Shown here one piece after another: positions 19,164 through 28,174 of a stretch of 64,000 nucleotides of DNA. The position numbers and the translations under genes are program-made. Where the stretch lies: contig CAZUFC010000014.1 of assembly GCA_964619725.1 (NCBI GenBank), positions 40,641 through 104,640 of the forward strand. Reading direction: 5' to 3'. A model generated the notes under the pieces. The model saw only the letters and a program-made list of their open reading frames with translations. It ran no database searches and had not been told where the DNA came from. The first letter of the stretch is position 1, and each line of letters starts with the position of its first letter. This stretch comes from an uncultured bacterium (GTDB lineage: Bacteria; CSSED10-310; CAZUFC01).

Positions 19164-20347
19164 TGCCGGAAAAATACAATTCACCGGACCGACCCGGACC
19201 GGTACCGGGAATGCCTTCTCGTGTTCAAATGCTGAAAAATATGGCTGTCGGGCTTGCGCCTCTCATCATATTCGTCATCGTCGATGCCTGGGCGCAAAAC
19301 GCTTATGATGAAACGACCTCTTTGAAATTAGCGCTGGGTGCGGCATTGATCCTGGGCACGGCTCAATTCATATATTTTTGGGCGCGCGATGGAAAACCCG
19401 AACCTTTCATATTGGCGGACACCGGGCTGCTTCTGGTCATGGGACTGATATCGCTCATTTTGCAGAAGGACATCTTTTTTAAATTAAAACCCGCCATTAT
19501 TGAAGCTATCCTGCTCATAATAATCGGCCTGACGGCTTTTTCAACCAGCGATATGTTGTTGAAAATGACCTCCCGGTATATGAAAGAGGTCCGGTTCAAC
19601 CAGGCGCAAATCGAATCTATGCGGCGCATGATGCGGACATTCTTCTTTTGTTTGCTGATTCATACTGCGCTTATCGTCTACGCCGCTTTTTATTTGAGTC
19701 GTGAAATGTGGGCGTTTATCAGCGGCGGACTTTTCTATATCTTTATGGGGGTCGCATTGCTGTATGAATTTATCAAGGCAAGAATTTCTCAGGGCGCTAT
19801 GAAGAGAAAATACAAATCAGAAGAATGGCTGGATATAGTCGATTCGCAGGGAAAAACCGTCGGTTCAGCGCCCAGATCAGTATGTCATCAGAATCCGAAT
19901 TTGATTCATCAGGCCGTGCATTTGCACGTCATTGATTCTCAAGGACGGATATATCTGCAGAAAAGGTCCCCGAATAAAACCGTACAACCCCGGAAATGGG
20001 ATACGGCAGTCGGCGGTCATGTAGTCAGGGGCGAATCAATTGAAAACGCGCTCACAAGAGAAATCAGAGAAGAACTGGGAATGCAGCGCCTGCCTCATGA
20101 ACCGCTTTTTCGTTACCTTTGGCGCACCGATATTGAATCGGAACTGGTCATCGCTTTTCGCGGCTTCTCCAACGGTCCCTTTACGCACCCTGAGGCAGAA
20201 ATAGAAGAGGGAAAATTCTGGTCGGTCGATGAAATAGACGCAAACCTGGATACAGGAATTTTCACGCCGAACTTTGAACATGAATACAGGGTGATGAAAT
20301 CCAACGGAATTGTTGCGACTAACGATACGATGAACAATGATGAGTGA
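19160..20347 (+). CDS. YciB/IspZ-like membrane domain fused to a Nudix hydrolase (IDI-like)
   Basis: N-terminal TMs with FFKLKPAI; Nudix box GGHVVRGESIENALTREIREELG; LQKRS...WDTAVGGH. Confidence 0.85.
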   Translation: MMPEKYNSPDRPGPVPGMPSRVQMLKNMAVGLAPLIIFVIVDAWAQNAYDETTSLKLALGAALILGTAQFIYFWARDGKPEPFILADTGLLLVMGLISLILQKDIFFKLKPAIIEAILLIIIGLTAFSTSDMLLKMTSRYMKEVRFNQAQIESMRRMMRTFFFCLLIHTALIVYAAFYLSREMWAFISGGLFYIFMGVALLYEFIKARISQGAMKRKYKSEEWLDIVDSQGKTVGSAPRSVCHQNPNLIHQAVHLHVIDSQGRIYLQKRSPNKTVQPRKWDTAVGGHVVRGESIENALTREIREELGMQRLPHEPLFRYLWRTDIESELVIAFRGFSNGPFTHPEAEIEEGKFWSVDEIDANLDTGIFTPNFEHEYRVMKSNGIVATNDTMNNDE

Positions 20348-20404
20348 AAACCGCGGAGCAAGCTGACGCCTTGTCCTCCTGCAGTCTCGTGACGTCCGTC
20401 AATA

Positions 20405-21005
20405 AAAAGTTTGCGAAGGGCTCTGACCCCATTCCGGAATCAAACCGATAATACACTTCTTTCAAAACTTTTGACAGTTGTTTCAATAATCAGGGTCGGG
20501 GTCGGTATCGGTATCGCAATCGAAACAAAATGACGGGAGATTCTGTCAAATTGAAACCTCAAAAGAAGCATTTTTGAGGAATACCCAAAAAACTTTAAAA
20601 ATGCATTCGTCGTCGTGATCGTTGTCGTTGTCGAATTTAAACATGACGCCATTCAGGCGAAATTGAATTCAAAAGTCATTTTGCACAGTATTCAGACAAC
20701 GACGACAATTCATCAGCTAACATATTGAAAAGTAATGCAGCAAAGCTTATCCTAATACGTATTCCGCTGGCGGAGGGATTTAGTGGGGGCTAAAAACCGC
20801 CCAATTATTATGCCGTGTTGTAATACAAGAAAATCAAAATATTTCAATAAATTGTGACATGCTTGTTAAGAGCTCTGAACTTGAAACATCTCCATTACCC
20901 GCTGATACCAATGACCGACCAATAGCTATTCTTCCAGTCTTCCACACTGCCGTCTTTCTCCCCATCCATTCTTCCAGTCCTCCAATCCTTCCATCCCTCT
21001 TTTCA
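20405..21005. repeat. Intergenic cluster of short periodic and dispersed repeats
   Basis: GGGTCGGGGTCGGTATCGGTATCG, GTTGTCGTTGTCG with an inverted partner, 8-nt periodic CCA-x-TC[CT]T tract; segments recur at 51473 and 63784. Confidence 0.7.
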
Positions 21006-21031
21006 CTCTCTGTGATCATCATGACCGGCTA

Positions 21032-21907
21032 TTATTCGAATGGTTCCTTTTTTGACAGCGCCGGCATGCGGTGGAAATAGAACACCAAAGCGCCCATTCT
21101 TATTTCATCGCCGTCTTTCAACAATTGCCTGTCTATTTTTTCTCCGTTTACATATACCGCGCTTTGTTTGCTGATGTCGTCCAGGTAGTAGAAGAGACCT
21201 GTCAGGTAGATTCTTGCGTGCCGTTCTTCCAGTCGGCTTTCCGGGTTGAATTGAAAATCGACGTCATCTCCTGTTCCGAAAATATTGGTCCCGAATCTCA
21301 GCGAAAAATTTTCGATTATCCTTCCGTTTTGAACCTGCACCAATTTGCCGGTGAAGGGGATCGGAGGCGATACGACGCTGTCCACGCGACGGTCTTCCTC
21401 AAAGTCCAGGTTGTCTCTTTTCTGAGCGGCGTGAAGGATGAGAAAGTTCAGTCCCAGGGAAACGGGCAACGGTATCCGCCCGGGCAGCGGGTGATTTTCC
21501 AGAAACTGAAAATGTCCGTCCTTCCATGAAAGCAGGTATGCTATTTCATCCAGGAATATTTCCTTGGACAGTTCGATTAAAGTTCCAGGGTCCAGATAAC
21601 CTGCTTCGAGGATTGAAGATACTGCGAAACGGTCTTCCGCACGACAGATATTTATGGCTTCGAAAAGTTCGTTTCCTTCCAGGAGACTTCTTTCGGCAAT
21701 AAAATTTTCAAACGTCCGGTTCAAACGTGAGGATTCTATCCAGATCAGCTCCTCCTGTTGGACGTAAAGCTCTACAACATCCGGTTCGCGCTCTATCCTC
21801 AGCATCCCGGACTTCCCGCCCATTTCCAGCAGGTGAAAAATCTCCGCCAGATCAATGACGCGAAGATATCCTTTAAAATCGTATATGGCCTTCTGATCTT
21901 CGCTCAT
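21032..21907 (-). CDS. DUF4388 (PATAN-like) plus FHA domain protein
   Basis: FKGYLRVIDLAEIFHLLEMGGKSGML...WKDGHFQF; C-terminal HARI...VYVNG...LKDGDEIRMG. Confidence 0.8.
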   Translation of the reverse strand: MSEDQKAIYDFKGYLRVIDLAEIFHLLEMGGKSGMLRIEREPDVVELYVQQEELIWIESSRLNRTFENFIAERSLLEGNELFEAINICRAEDRFAVSSILEAGYLDPGTLIELSKEIFLDEIAYLLSWKDGHFQFLENHPLPGRIPLPVSLGLNFLILHAAQKRDNLDFEEDRRVDSVVSPPIPFTGKLVQVQNGRIIENFSLRFGTNIFGTGDDVDFQFNPESRLEERHARIYLTGLFYYLDDISKQSAVYVNGEKIDRQLLKDGDEIRMGALVFYFHRMPALSKKEPFE

Positions 21908-22033
21908 CTAAAAGGCTGACGGAATAACACCGGCATGATCACCGCTTTTGCCGGCATGTTCCTGCCCTGCCTGCTCCTGTTGGGCTCACTCATCAATTCA
22001 ATAAATTGTTTACTTCCAGATACGACGAGTCGC

Positions 22034-22447
22034 TTATTCGGTTTCAGTTTTTTCCGGGATTATCGGAACGCAGGCATCCACGGGGCAGACAGAAGCGCAT
22101 TTTTTACAGGCTGTGCATTTGACAGGATCGATCACGTAAATCGGGTCGCCTTCGGAAATGGCGTCTGCCGGGCATTCTTCCAGACAATTGCCGCAGGCTA
22201 TGCATGAACCGTTAATGCGATAGGGAACCAAATTGGCCTTGACTTCGCCTTTCTGACGCAAAAGCTCCAGGTTCAACCTATGATAATATGCTGCTGATTC
22301 TTCACGCGCTTCTTTCAGATCATTGCTCAGGTCTATGTAAGAATTTCTTATATAGTCGATTTCCTCACTGATGCCCTTGGATTTGAAATAATTGCGCAGA
22401 ATCCCGATGATGATTGCGATCAGCAAGATCACTAATAACCACGTCAT
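22034..22447 (-). CDS. Membrane-anchored 2x[4Fe-4S] ferredoxin-domain protein
   Basis: N-terminal TM; CIACGNCLEECP and CTACKKCASVCP. Confidence 0.9.
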   Translation of the reverse strand: MTWLLVILLIAIIIGILRNYFKSKGISEEIDYIRNSYIDLSNDLKEAREESAAYYHRLNLELLRQKGEVKANLVPYRINGSCIACGNCLEECPADAISEGDPIYVIDPVKCTACKKCASVCPVDACVPIIPEKTETE

Positions 22448-22507
22448 ATTGAATACTCCTTTTCAGCCATTTTTTCATTACGGCGCAGAGATGCCGAATC
22501 AAGGAGG

Positions 22508-22536
22508 AAAATAATTTATTTCCCGTTGCCTGTCAA
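22508..22536 (-). promoter_or_regulatory. Sigma70-like promoter of the ferredoxin gene
   Basis: TTGACA-17 nt-TATTTT. Confidence 0.5.
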
Positions 22537-22612
22537 GATTTTTCATGATACGTCCATGCGGGCAGCGAGCAAAGATTCTCAGACAGAACGAATGATCGAT
22601 TTTCGAAAGAAT

Positions 22613-23581
22613 CTATCCTTTGTCCAGGATGCTGATCAGCGAATTCATCTTTTGCCGGGCGTTATCAAGGAAAACCCTGAGATTATTGGGATGATTGGCG
22701 AACAAACCGCCTTTGCTGCCGTTATGAACGATCAGGGGATTGAAAAAGGACTGGTCCAATGAATAAATAATCTCATTGATGATCACTTCCGCATTTTTGT
22801 CTTCTATCACTTCGCTGAAGTCAATGGAAACAGCTTTCATCATGTGATTTATCCCGTATCCGACTCCCAGACCGTAATAAAATTCATCGTCCACTTTAAA
22901 CCAGGATAACTCCTTGTTCGCTTTGGAAGAACTTCGTTGTTGAAGCGAAAAAACGTCGCCTCCACCCGCGTTCATCAGTCGCGTATTGATTCCTCCCAGA
23001 AGAGAGGCGTAATCAGTAAGCAACTGGATCAGATTATCGCTTCTGGGGTAGAACTGAGCTGTTTTAGCGGAATCAGTCAGTGATAATCTTGTTTCAAATG
23101 ATTTAAGAGCCTCAATTCCTTTTTCGAATTTGCCTTCAGCCGACGGCAGCCACCATTTGTATGCATCGTTGCTGAAATATTCAAAAGCCCTGGACGCGTC
23201 TTCATCGATCTTGTCCGTTGTTCGCGAACGGGAAAGATTCTCCTTCAATACCCGACTGGAATATCGCACGGTTTCCAATACGCCGAGTTGAAAATTCGGA
23301 CGATTGTCGATCCACCATCCCGGCGACACAATAATGTCGTTCGGCAACCATCCCCCGTCGCTGTTCAATTCCTGCTCCATCAAACGCATCAATACCGTAA
23401 CGAAAACAGCTCCACGCTCCGCCGGCTCCTTCTCTTCAACCTTGAACTGCTCCGGCATCCCTGAAAAATATATCATTAAAATCACATATCCCAGAAAAAT
23501 GATGCCGATTGCCCCCCCTATCGTCCTTCTTAATGTCTTACCGTTTTTTTCCTCTTCGCTTTTTTTCGCTTTTTCCGCCAT
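22613..23581 (-). CDS. DUF2333 family protein
   Basis: GGWLPND, DNRPNFQLG, LSRSRT, RSDNL, VDDEFYY motifs; N-terminal TM. Confidence 0.75.
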   Translation of the reverse strand: MAEKAKKSEEEKNGKTLRRTIGGAIGIIFLGYVILMIYFSGMPEQFKVEEKEPAERGAVFVTVLMRLMEQELNSDGGWLPNDIIVSPGWWIDNRPNFQLGVLETVRYSSRVLKENLSRSRTTDKIDEDASRAFEYFSNDAYKWWLPSAEGKFEKGIEALKSFETRLSLTDSAKTAQFYPRSDNLIQLLTDYASLLGGINTRLMNAGGGDVFSLQQRSSSKANKELSWFKVDDEFYYGLGVGYGINHMMKAVSIDFSEVIEDKNAEVIINEIIYSLDQSFFNPLIVHNGSKGGLFANHPNNLRVFLDNARQKMNSLISILDKG

Positions 23582-23956
23582 CTGTTCACCTCCGTTAAAT
23601 TTTATCGATCTCTTATTCTACTTTATTCGTTCACAAAAACAAATTCATTCTTCACGGTCCGAAGAATTTGAACTTCGAATTTCTCCTGGCGGGCATGAAA
23701 GAAGCCGGATCGAGCTGTTCATAAAAACGTCCCTGGGTGAAATAAACAGCATTAAGTTCATTAAACAGACAGTTGCGTGTTCGGGGCGCATTCTGATGGT
23801 TATTGCAATCAGTCAAATATTTTATGAAAAAGCGCAACCCCGGTTCGATCAGTCCCGAAAATAATAATGTCGAATAATTTGAAAAATAAAAAAAAATTAT
23901 TAAAATGAACGGCGTTGAAATTATGAGTCGACAACCCAAAAAACAGGAGGTTTAAA

Positions 23957-25897
23957 TTGAAAAAATCGGGACGTTCGAAAGTAACTGGGATATTGTTCTC
24001 GGTAATTCCTGTATTTTTCTTAGCTTTCAGCAGTACGGGATCAGCCTATGTTTTAATTGATGAATTGTATTACGATCACCCAGGCACGGACCTCGGTTAT
24101 GAATATGTCGAGCTTTACAATACCGGAACATCCGCCGTTAATCTGGACGGCTGGCGCATTCAATGGGCCGGGACCGATTTCACGCATGCGGAATATCAGA
24201 TTACCGGTAACTATTGGATTGAGGGGGGCGGTTATTTTTTGATCGGAGGTTCTAATGTGCACGGGGTATTCGGCGTACCGCCCGATATAGTTCATAATTT
24301 TGATCCTCCTTTCCAGAATTCAGGTACAGAAACAGACGGCGTGCGTATAATCAATGATCTGGACCCTTTCACCTGGTCCGACACGGTGCTGTATGGAACT
24401 CCGAACAGCAACAATCTTCCGAAAGACATTAACGGGCCTCCTGCGGACGACGATGAGTGTGCGCCTGATGTGGAGGAAGGGCAGAGTTTATCCCGGTTGG
24501 CATCCCATATCGATTCTCAAAACTGCAGGCTTGATTTTCAAGTGCTGGCGAACCCGGACCCCCAATCGGGCGTTACAGGAACGCCCACTCCGACGCCGTA
24601 TCCCGTATACCCCATCGATCCCGGCGCCGTCTTAATCAGCGAAGTCATATACAATCCCGACGGCGGAGACACGGACAGCGAGTGGTTGGAGCTTTACAAC
24701 ACTCTGGATGAAGACGTGAACCTGGCGGGCTGCACGATACAAAGCGGCGGAACGACGTTTGCTCATAATGTGACCATTACGGAAGGGATTATTCCGGCGA
24801 ACGGTTACTTTTTCCTTTATGAAGGTTTGGTTTCGCCTCCTGCAGGACCGAACAAACTCCAGGTGAATTTTGATCCGCAGTTCCAGAACGGCGAGGATGT
24901 CGCGGACGGCATAAGGCTGCTGGATTCTTTCCAGGTTGTCGTGGACACGATTCTTTATGCATCCGACAACAACGGCAGCGAATTGCCCGATGACGATGAC
25001 GATCCCGCCCCGGATAATGAGGTTGCCCCTCCTGTAAATGCGGGCTGGGCGCTGGGCCGTTGTCCCTCATCAGGTTCCGATACGAATAATTCGGCGATTG
25101 ACTTCTGGCCTGTAGCGCCCGCGGATATAACCAAGAACGGTCCGAACATATGCGTGCCGCCGTCCGTCACCCCCACGCCGACAGATACGCCGGAAGCTAC
25201 GTTGACTCCGACCGCGACCCCCACCTGTTTCATCGAAGCGGGCGCTGTCGTGATTAATGAGTTGATGCCGAATCCTGACGGTTCAGACGATGGCCGGGAA
25301 TGGCTGGAAATTGTGAATCTTTCCGATGAAGCCATAGACCTTTCAAATTTTATTGTGGAAAGTTCAACCGGCAGCAATGACGCTTTTGAAGAAAGTTTCG
25401 TCCTGCCCGACGATGCCGGCTCAATGACGCTTAATCCCGGCGAATACATGCTCATAGCCGAGTCAGGCGTCGACGTCTCCTCGGTTCCCGGAACGACTTC
25501 GATTTATCAACCTATGGACAGCGGAGGACTCAACATTGACATGCAAAACGGAGGCAGTCATTCGGAAGGTCTCCGTCTCCGATGCCCCTCAGGAGGCATG
25601 GTCGTCGATACCGTGATCTATTCCTCACCCAATTCCAACGACATCCAGGGCGATGCAGGAGACCCCTATGGGCAATCACCCGCCCCTGAACCCGAATCTG
25701 GAAAAACGCTGGCGCGACTCCCCGACGGCTCCGATACAGACGTCTGCCAGGTCGATTTTCAGAATGTCGGACCAGATAAAATTACTATGGGCTTCTCCAA
25801 CGATCAGGTTCTGCCCGCTACCGGTCTCGCCTCCTTGCTGGTCCTGCTCCTGAGCGTCACAGCGCTCCTGTTCTTTGGAACAAAAAAAGGACATTGA
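23957..25897 (+). CDS. Secreted protein with three lamin-tail (LTD) domains, PT linkers and a C-terminal sorting tail
   Basis: Three repeats of (L/V)I(D/S/N)E..Y/M.P.G.D..E(Y/W).E(L/I); ends LPATGLASLLVLLLSVTALLFFGTKKGH; SD AGGAGG before TTG. Confidence 0.9.
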   Translation: MKKSGRSKVTGILFSVIPVFFLAFSSTGSAYVLIDELYYDHPGTDLGYEYVELYNTGTSAVNLDGWRIQWAGTDFTHAEYQITGNYWIEGGGYFLIGGSNVHGVFGVPPDIVHNFDPPFQNSGTETDGVRIINDLDPFTWSDTVLYGTPNSNNLPKDINGPPADDDECAPDVEEGQSLSRLASHIDSQNCRLDFQVLANPDPQSGVTGTPTPTPYPVYPIDPGAVLISEVIYNPDGGDTDSEWLELYNTLDEDVNLAGCTIQSGGTTFAHNVTITEGIIPANGYFFLYEGLVSPPAGPNKLQVNFDPQFQNGEDVADGIRLLDSFQVVVDTILYASDNNGSELPDDDDDPAPDNEVAPPVNAGWALGRCPSSGSDTNNSAIDFWPVAPADITKNGPNICVPPSVTPTPTDTPEATLTPTATPTCFIEAGAVVINELMPNPDGSDDGREWLEIVNLSDEAIDLSNFIVESSTGSNDAFEESFVLPDDAGSMTLNPGEYMLIAESGVDVSSVPGTTSIYQPMDSGGLNIDMQNGGSHSEGLRLRCPSGGMVVDTVIYSSPNSNDIQGDAGDPYGQSPAPEPESGKTLARLPDGSDTDVCQVDFQNVGPDKITMGFSNDQVLPATGLASLLVLLLSVTALLFFGTKKGH

Positions 25898-26091
25898 AAA
25901 AAAACCTCGCATGATTGTTCAGCGTCAGGACGCATTTTTTTACAATGAGTATACCGTCAGGCATCATTCTGCCGGATTTCAATCTGCTGCTTGACAACTT
26001 GAATCGAGTTATGCTAATAAAATCAGCGATTTTCACAGGACGCAGTTCTGTCCGACAGTGAATCCGATTCGCAAGAGAGAAAGGGGTCAAC

Positions 26092-26370
26092 ATGACTAAA
26101 GAGCATATCGTAAACAGGATTTGGGATAATCTGGACATAACGAGAACTGAGGCGGCAGAAGCCGTCGATATTCTTATCGATACTTTAAAAACGTGTTTGA
26201 AAGAAGAAGAAAAATTAAAATTCGGCGGATTCGGGGTTTTCGAAGTCAGGCATCGCAAGGCTCGAATGGGCCGTAATCCCAAAACGGGAAAGCCTGCTGA
26301 AATAAAAGAGGGGAAAACGATAAAATTTAAACCGGGCAAACCCCTTAAGATGGCAGTATTGGAAAAATAG
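26092..26370 (+). CDS. HU/IHF-family nucleoid DNA-binding protein
   Basis: GFGVFEV...GRNPKTG...FKPGKPLK. Confidence 0.95.
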   Translation: MTKEHIVNRIWDNLDITRTEAAEAVDILIDTLKTCLKEEEKLKFGGFGVFEVRHRKARMGRNPKTGKPAEIKEGKTIKFKPGKPLKMAVLEK

Positions 26371-26501
26371 TCTTTATTCTGAATAATACAAGAAGCTGTT
26401 TTCATCGGCGACGGTTTCCATGATCGAAGAACGGGTCGGTCAATCGGATATATTCATTGGAAATCGCCGCTGAATGAAATTTTTCGCTGACAGGAGGAAC
26501 A

Positions 26502-27620
26502 ATGAGCGATTCTGAGTCAAAGAATCTTAAAAAAACCGCATTATACGAAACTCATAAAAAATACGGCGGAAGAATAGTGCCTTTCGCCGGTTGGCTGATG
26601 CCGATACAGTATAGTTCAATAATCGATGAACATAACGCCGTGCGCCGAAAAGCGGGACTATTCGATGTGAGTCACATGGGTGAAATTGAATTTATCGGAC
26701 CTGATGCCTTGAAAACAGTGCAGAATCTTATATCAAATGATGCTTCAAAGCTGGAAGACGGACAGGCTCAATATTCCGGTTTGCTTTATGAGAAAGGAAC
26801 GTTCGTCGACGATATACTCGTATACAAAATCAAAGACGATCATTATATGATGGTCGTCAATGCGGCCAATACATCCAAGGATTATGAATGGATAAAATCG
26901 CACGTCAAGGGGGACGTATCTGTAGAAAACATAAGCGATCAGGTGGTTCAACTGGCGCTGCAGGGCCCCGATTCTCAGAACATATTGCAGAAGTTGACGG
27001 AAACGAAACTGGAGGAACTGCCCTATTACTGGTCCGTAATGGGAAAAGTAGCCGGCAGGACGGCGAGGATTTCCCGGACAGGATATACGGGCGAGCATGG
27101 TTATGAGTGCTATGTATCTCCTGAAGACGGTCCTGAAGTATGGGAAGCGATATTCGATGCCGCAAAGGACGGATTTGTGGTTAAACCGGTCGGATTGGGC
27201 GCCCGGGACACATTGAGGCTTGAAGCCGGCATGCCTCTATACGGCAACGACATTGACGATACGACGACGCCTTATGAAGCGAAACTGGGCTGGATAGTCA
27301 AGTTGAAAAAAGGCGATTTTATCGGTTCGGAGGCTTTAAAGAAGCAAAGAAAAGAGGGCACGACAAGGCGGCTGATGGGAGTGGAGGCGCTGGAGCGGGG
27401 CATACCGAGACCCGGATATCCTCTTTATTATGAAGGCGAAAAGATCGGCGAATTCACCAGCGGCACATCTTCTCCGTCTTTGAAAAAAGGCATAGGCATG
27501 GCGTATGTTCCCCGTAACCTGGCTAATCCGGGTTTGAAAGTGGAAATGGGCATCAGAAAAAGGAAAGTCGCCGGGGAAATTACGGCATTGCCGTTTTACA
27601 ACAAAAAAACGAACCAGTAG
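26502..27620 (+). CDS. gcvT: Glycine cleavage system aminomethyltransferase T
   Basis: LFDVSHMGE, SRTGYTGEHG, GLGARDTLRLEAG. Confidence 0.98.
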   Translation: MSDSESKNLKKTALYETHKKYGGRIVPFAGWLMPIQYSSIIDEHNAVRRKAGLFDVSHMGEIEFIGPDALKTVQNLISNDASKLEDGQAQYSGLLYEKGTFVDDILVYKIKDDHYMMVVNAANTSKDYEWIKSHVKGDVSVENISDQVVQLALQGPDSQNILQKLTETKLEELPYYWSVMGKVAGRTARISRTGYTGEHGYECYVSPEDGPEVWEAIFDAAKDGFVVKPVGLGARDTLRLEAGMPLYGNDIDDTTTPYEAKLGWIVKLKKGDFIGSEALKKQRKEGTTRRLMGVEALERGIPRPGYPLYYEGEKIGEFTSGTSSPSLKKGIGMAYVPRNLANPGLKVEMGIRKRKVAGEITALPFYNKKTNQ

Positions 27621-27765
27621 TTCAGCAACGGATTATCATTTATATTCCATGGAATTAATTTGTTGTTTAGGTAAAAAAGAGATCGATACGGACAGAATAA
27701 CTTGAAACGGGCGGAAAGAAGGCGAAGCCGGAACTTTCCGCCAGAAAAACCATAAAGGAGGCAAC

Positions 27766-28155
27766 ATGTATCCTTCAAATTTTAAATATACGAAAAGTCA
27801 TGAATGGATCGAGATCAATGATGATGAAGGAAAAGTGGGCATAACGGATCATGCGCAATCTCATTTAGGCGATATCGTTTATGTGGAAAGACCTGAAGTC
27901 GGTGATTCGGTAGAAGCGGGAGAACCTTTCGGGACTATCGAATCGGTAAAGGCTGTTGAAGACGTTTATGCGCCGATGTCGGGAAAAGTCGTCGCAGTGA
28001 ACGACAAGCTGGAGGACGAACCTGAACTGATTAATGAAGACCCCCACGGAGAAGGGTGGATAATAAAAATAAAACTCAGTGATATGGATGAATCCGAGGA
28101 ACTGATGAACGTGGACAAATACGAGGAATTCGCTGCTGAAGACGAAGAAGATTAA
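27766..28155 (+). CDS. gcvH: Glycine cleavage system H protein
   Basis: HEW, GITDHAQ..LGDIVY, ESVKA lipoyl-Lys. Confidence 0.98.
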   Translation: MYPSNFKYTKSHEWIEINDDEGKVGITDHAQSHLGDIVYVERPEVGDSVEAGEPFGTIESVKAVEDVYAPMSGKVVAVNDKLEDEPELINEDPHGEGWIIKIKLSDMDESEELMNVDKYEEFAAEDEED

Positions 28156-28174
28156 TCTATAGGAAAAGGATATT

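Noticed and set aside
20350-21030. CRISPR array or integron attC site
   Set aside because: No constant repeat-spacer periodicity; attC-like ends are too degenerate and there is no cas or integrase gene
26371-26501. Glycine riboswitch before gcvT
   Set aside because: Conserved GGAGA...CCGAAG...CTCAGG elements are not present
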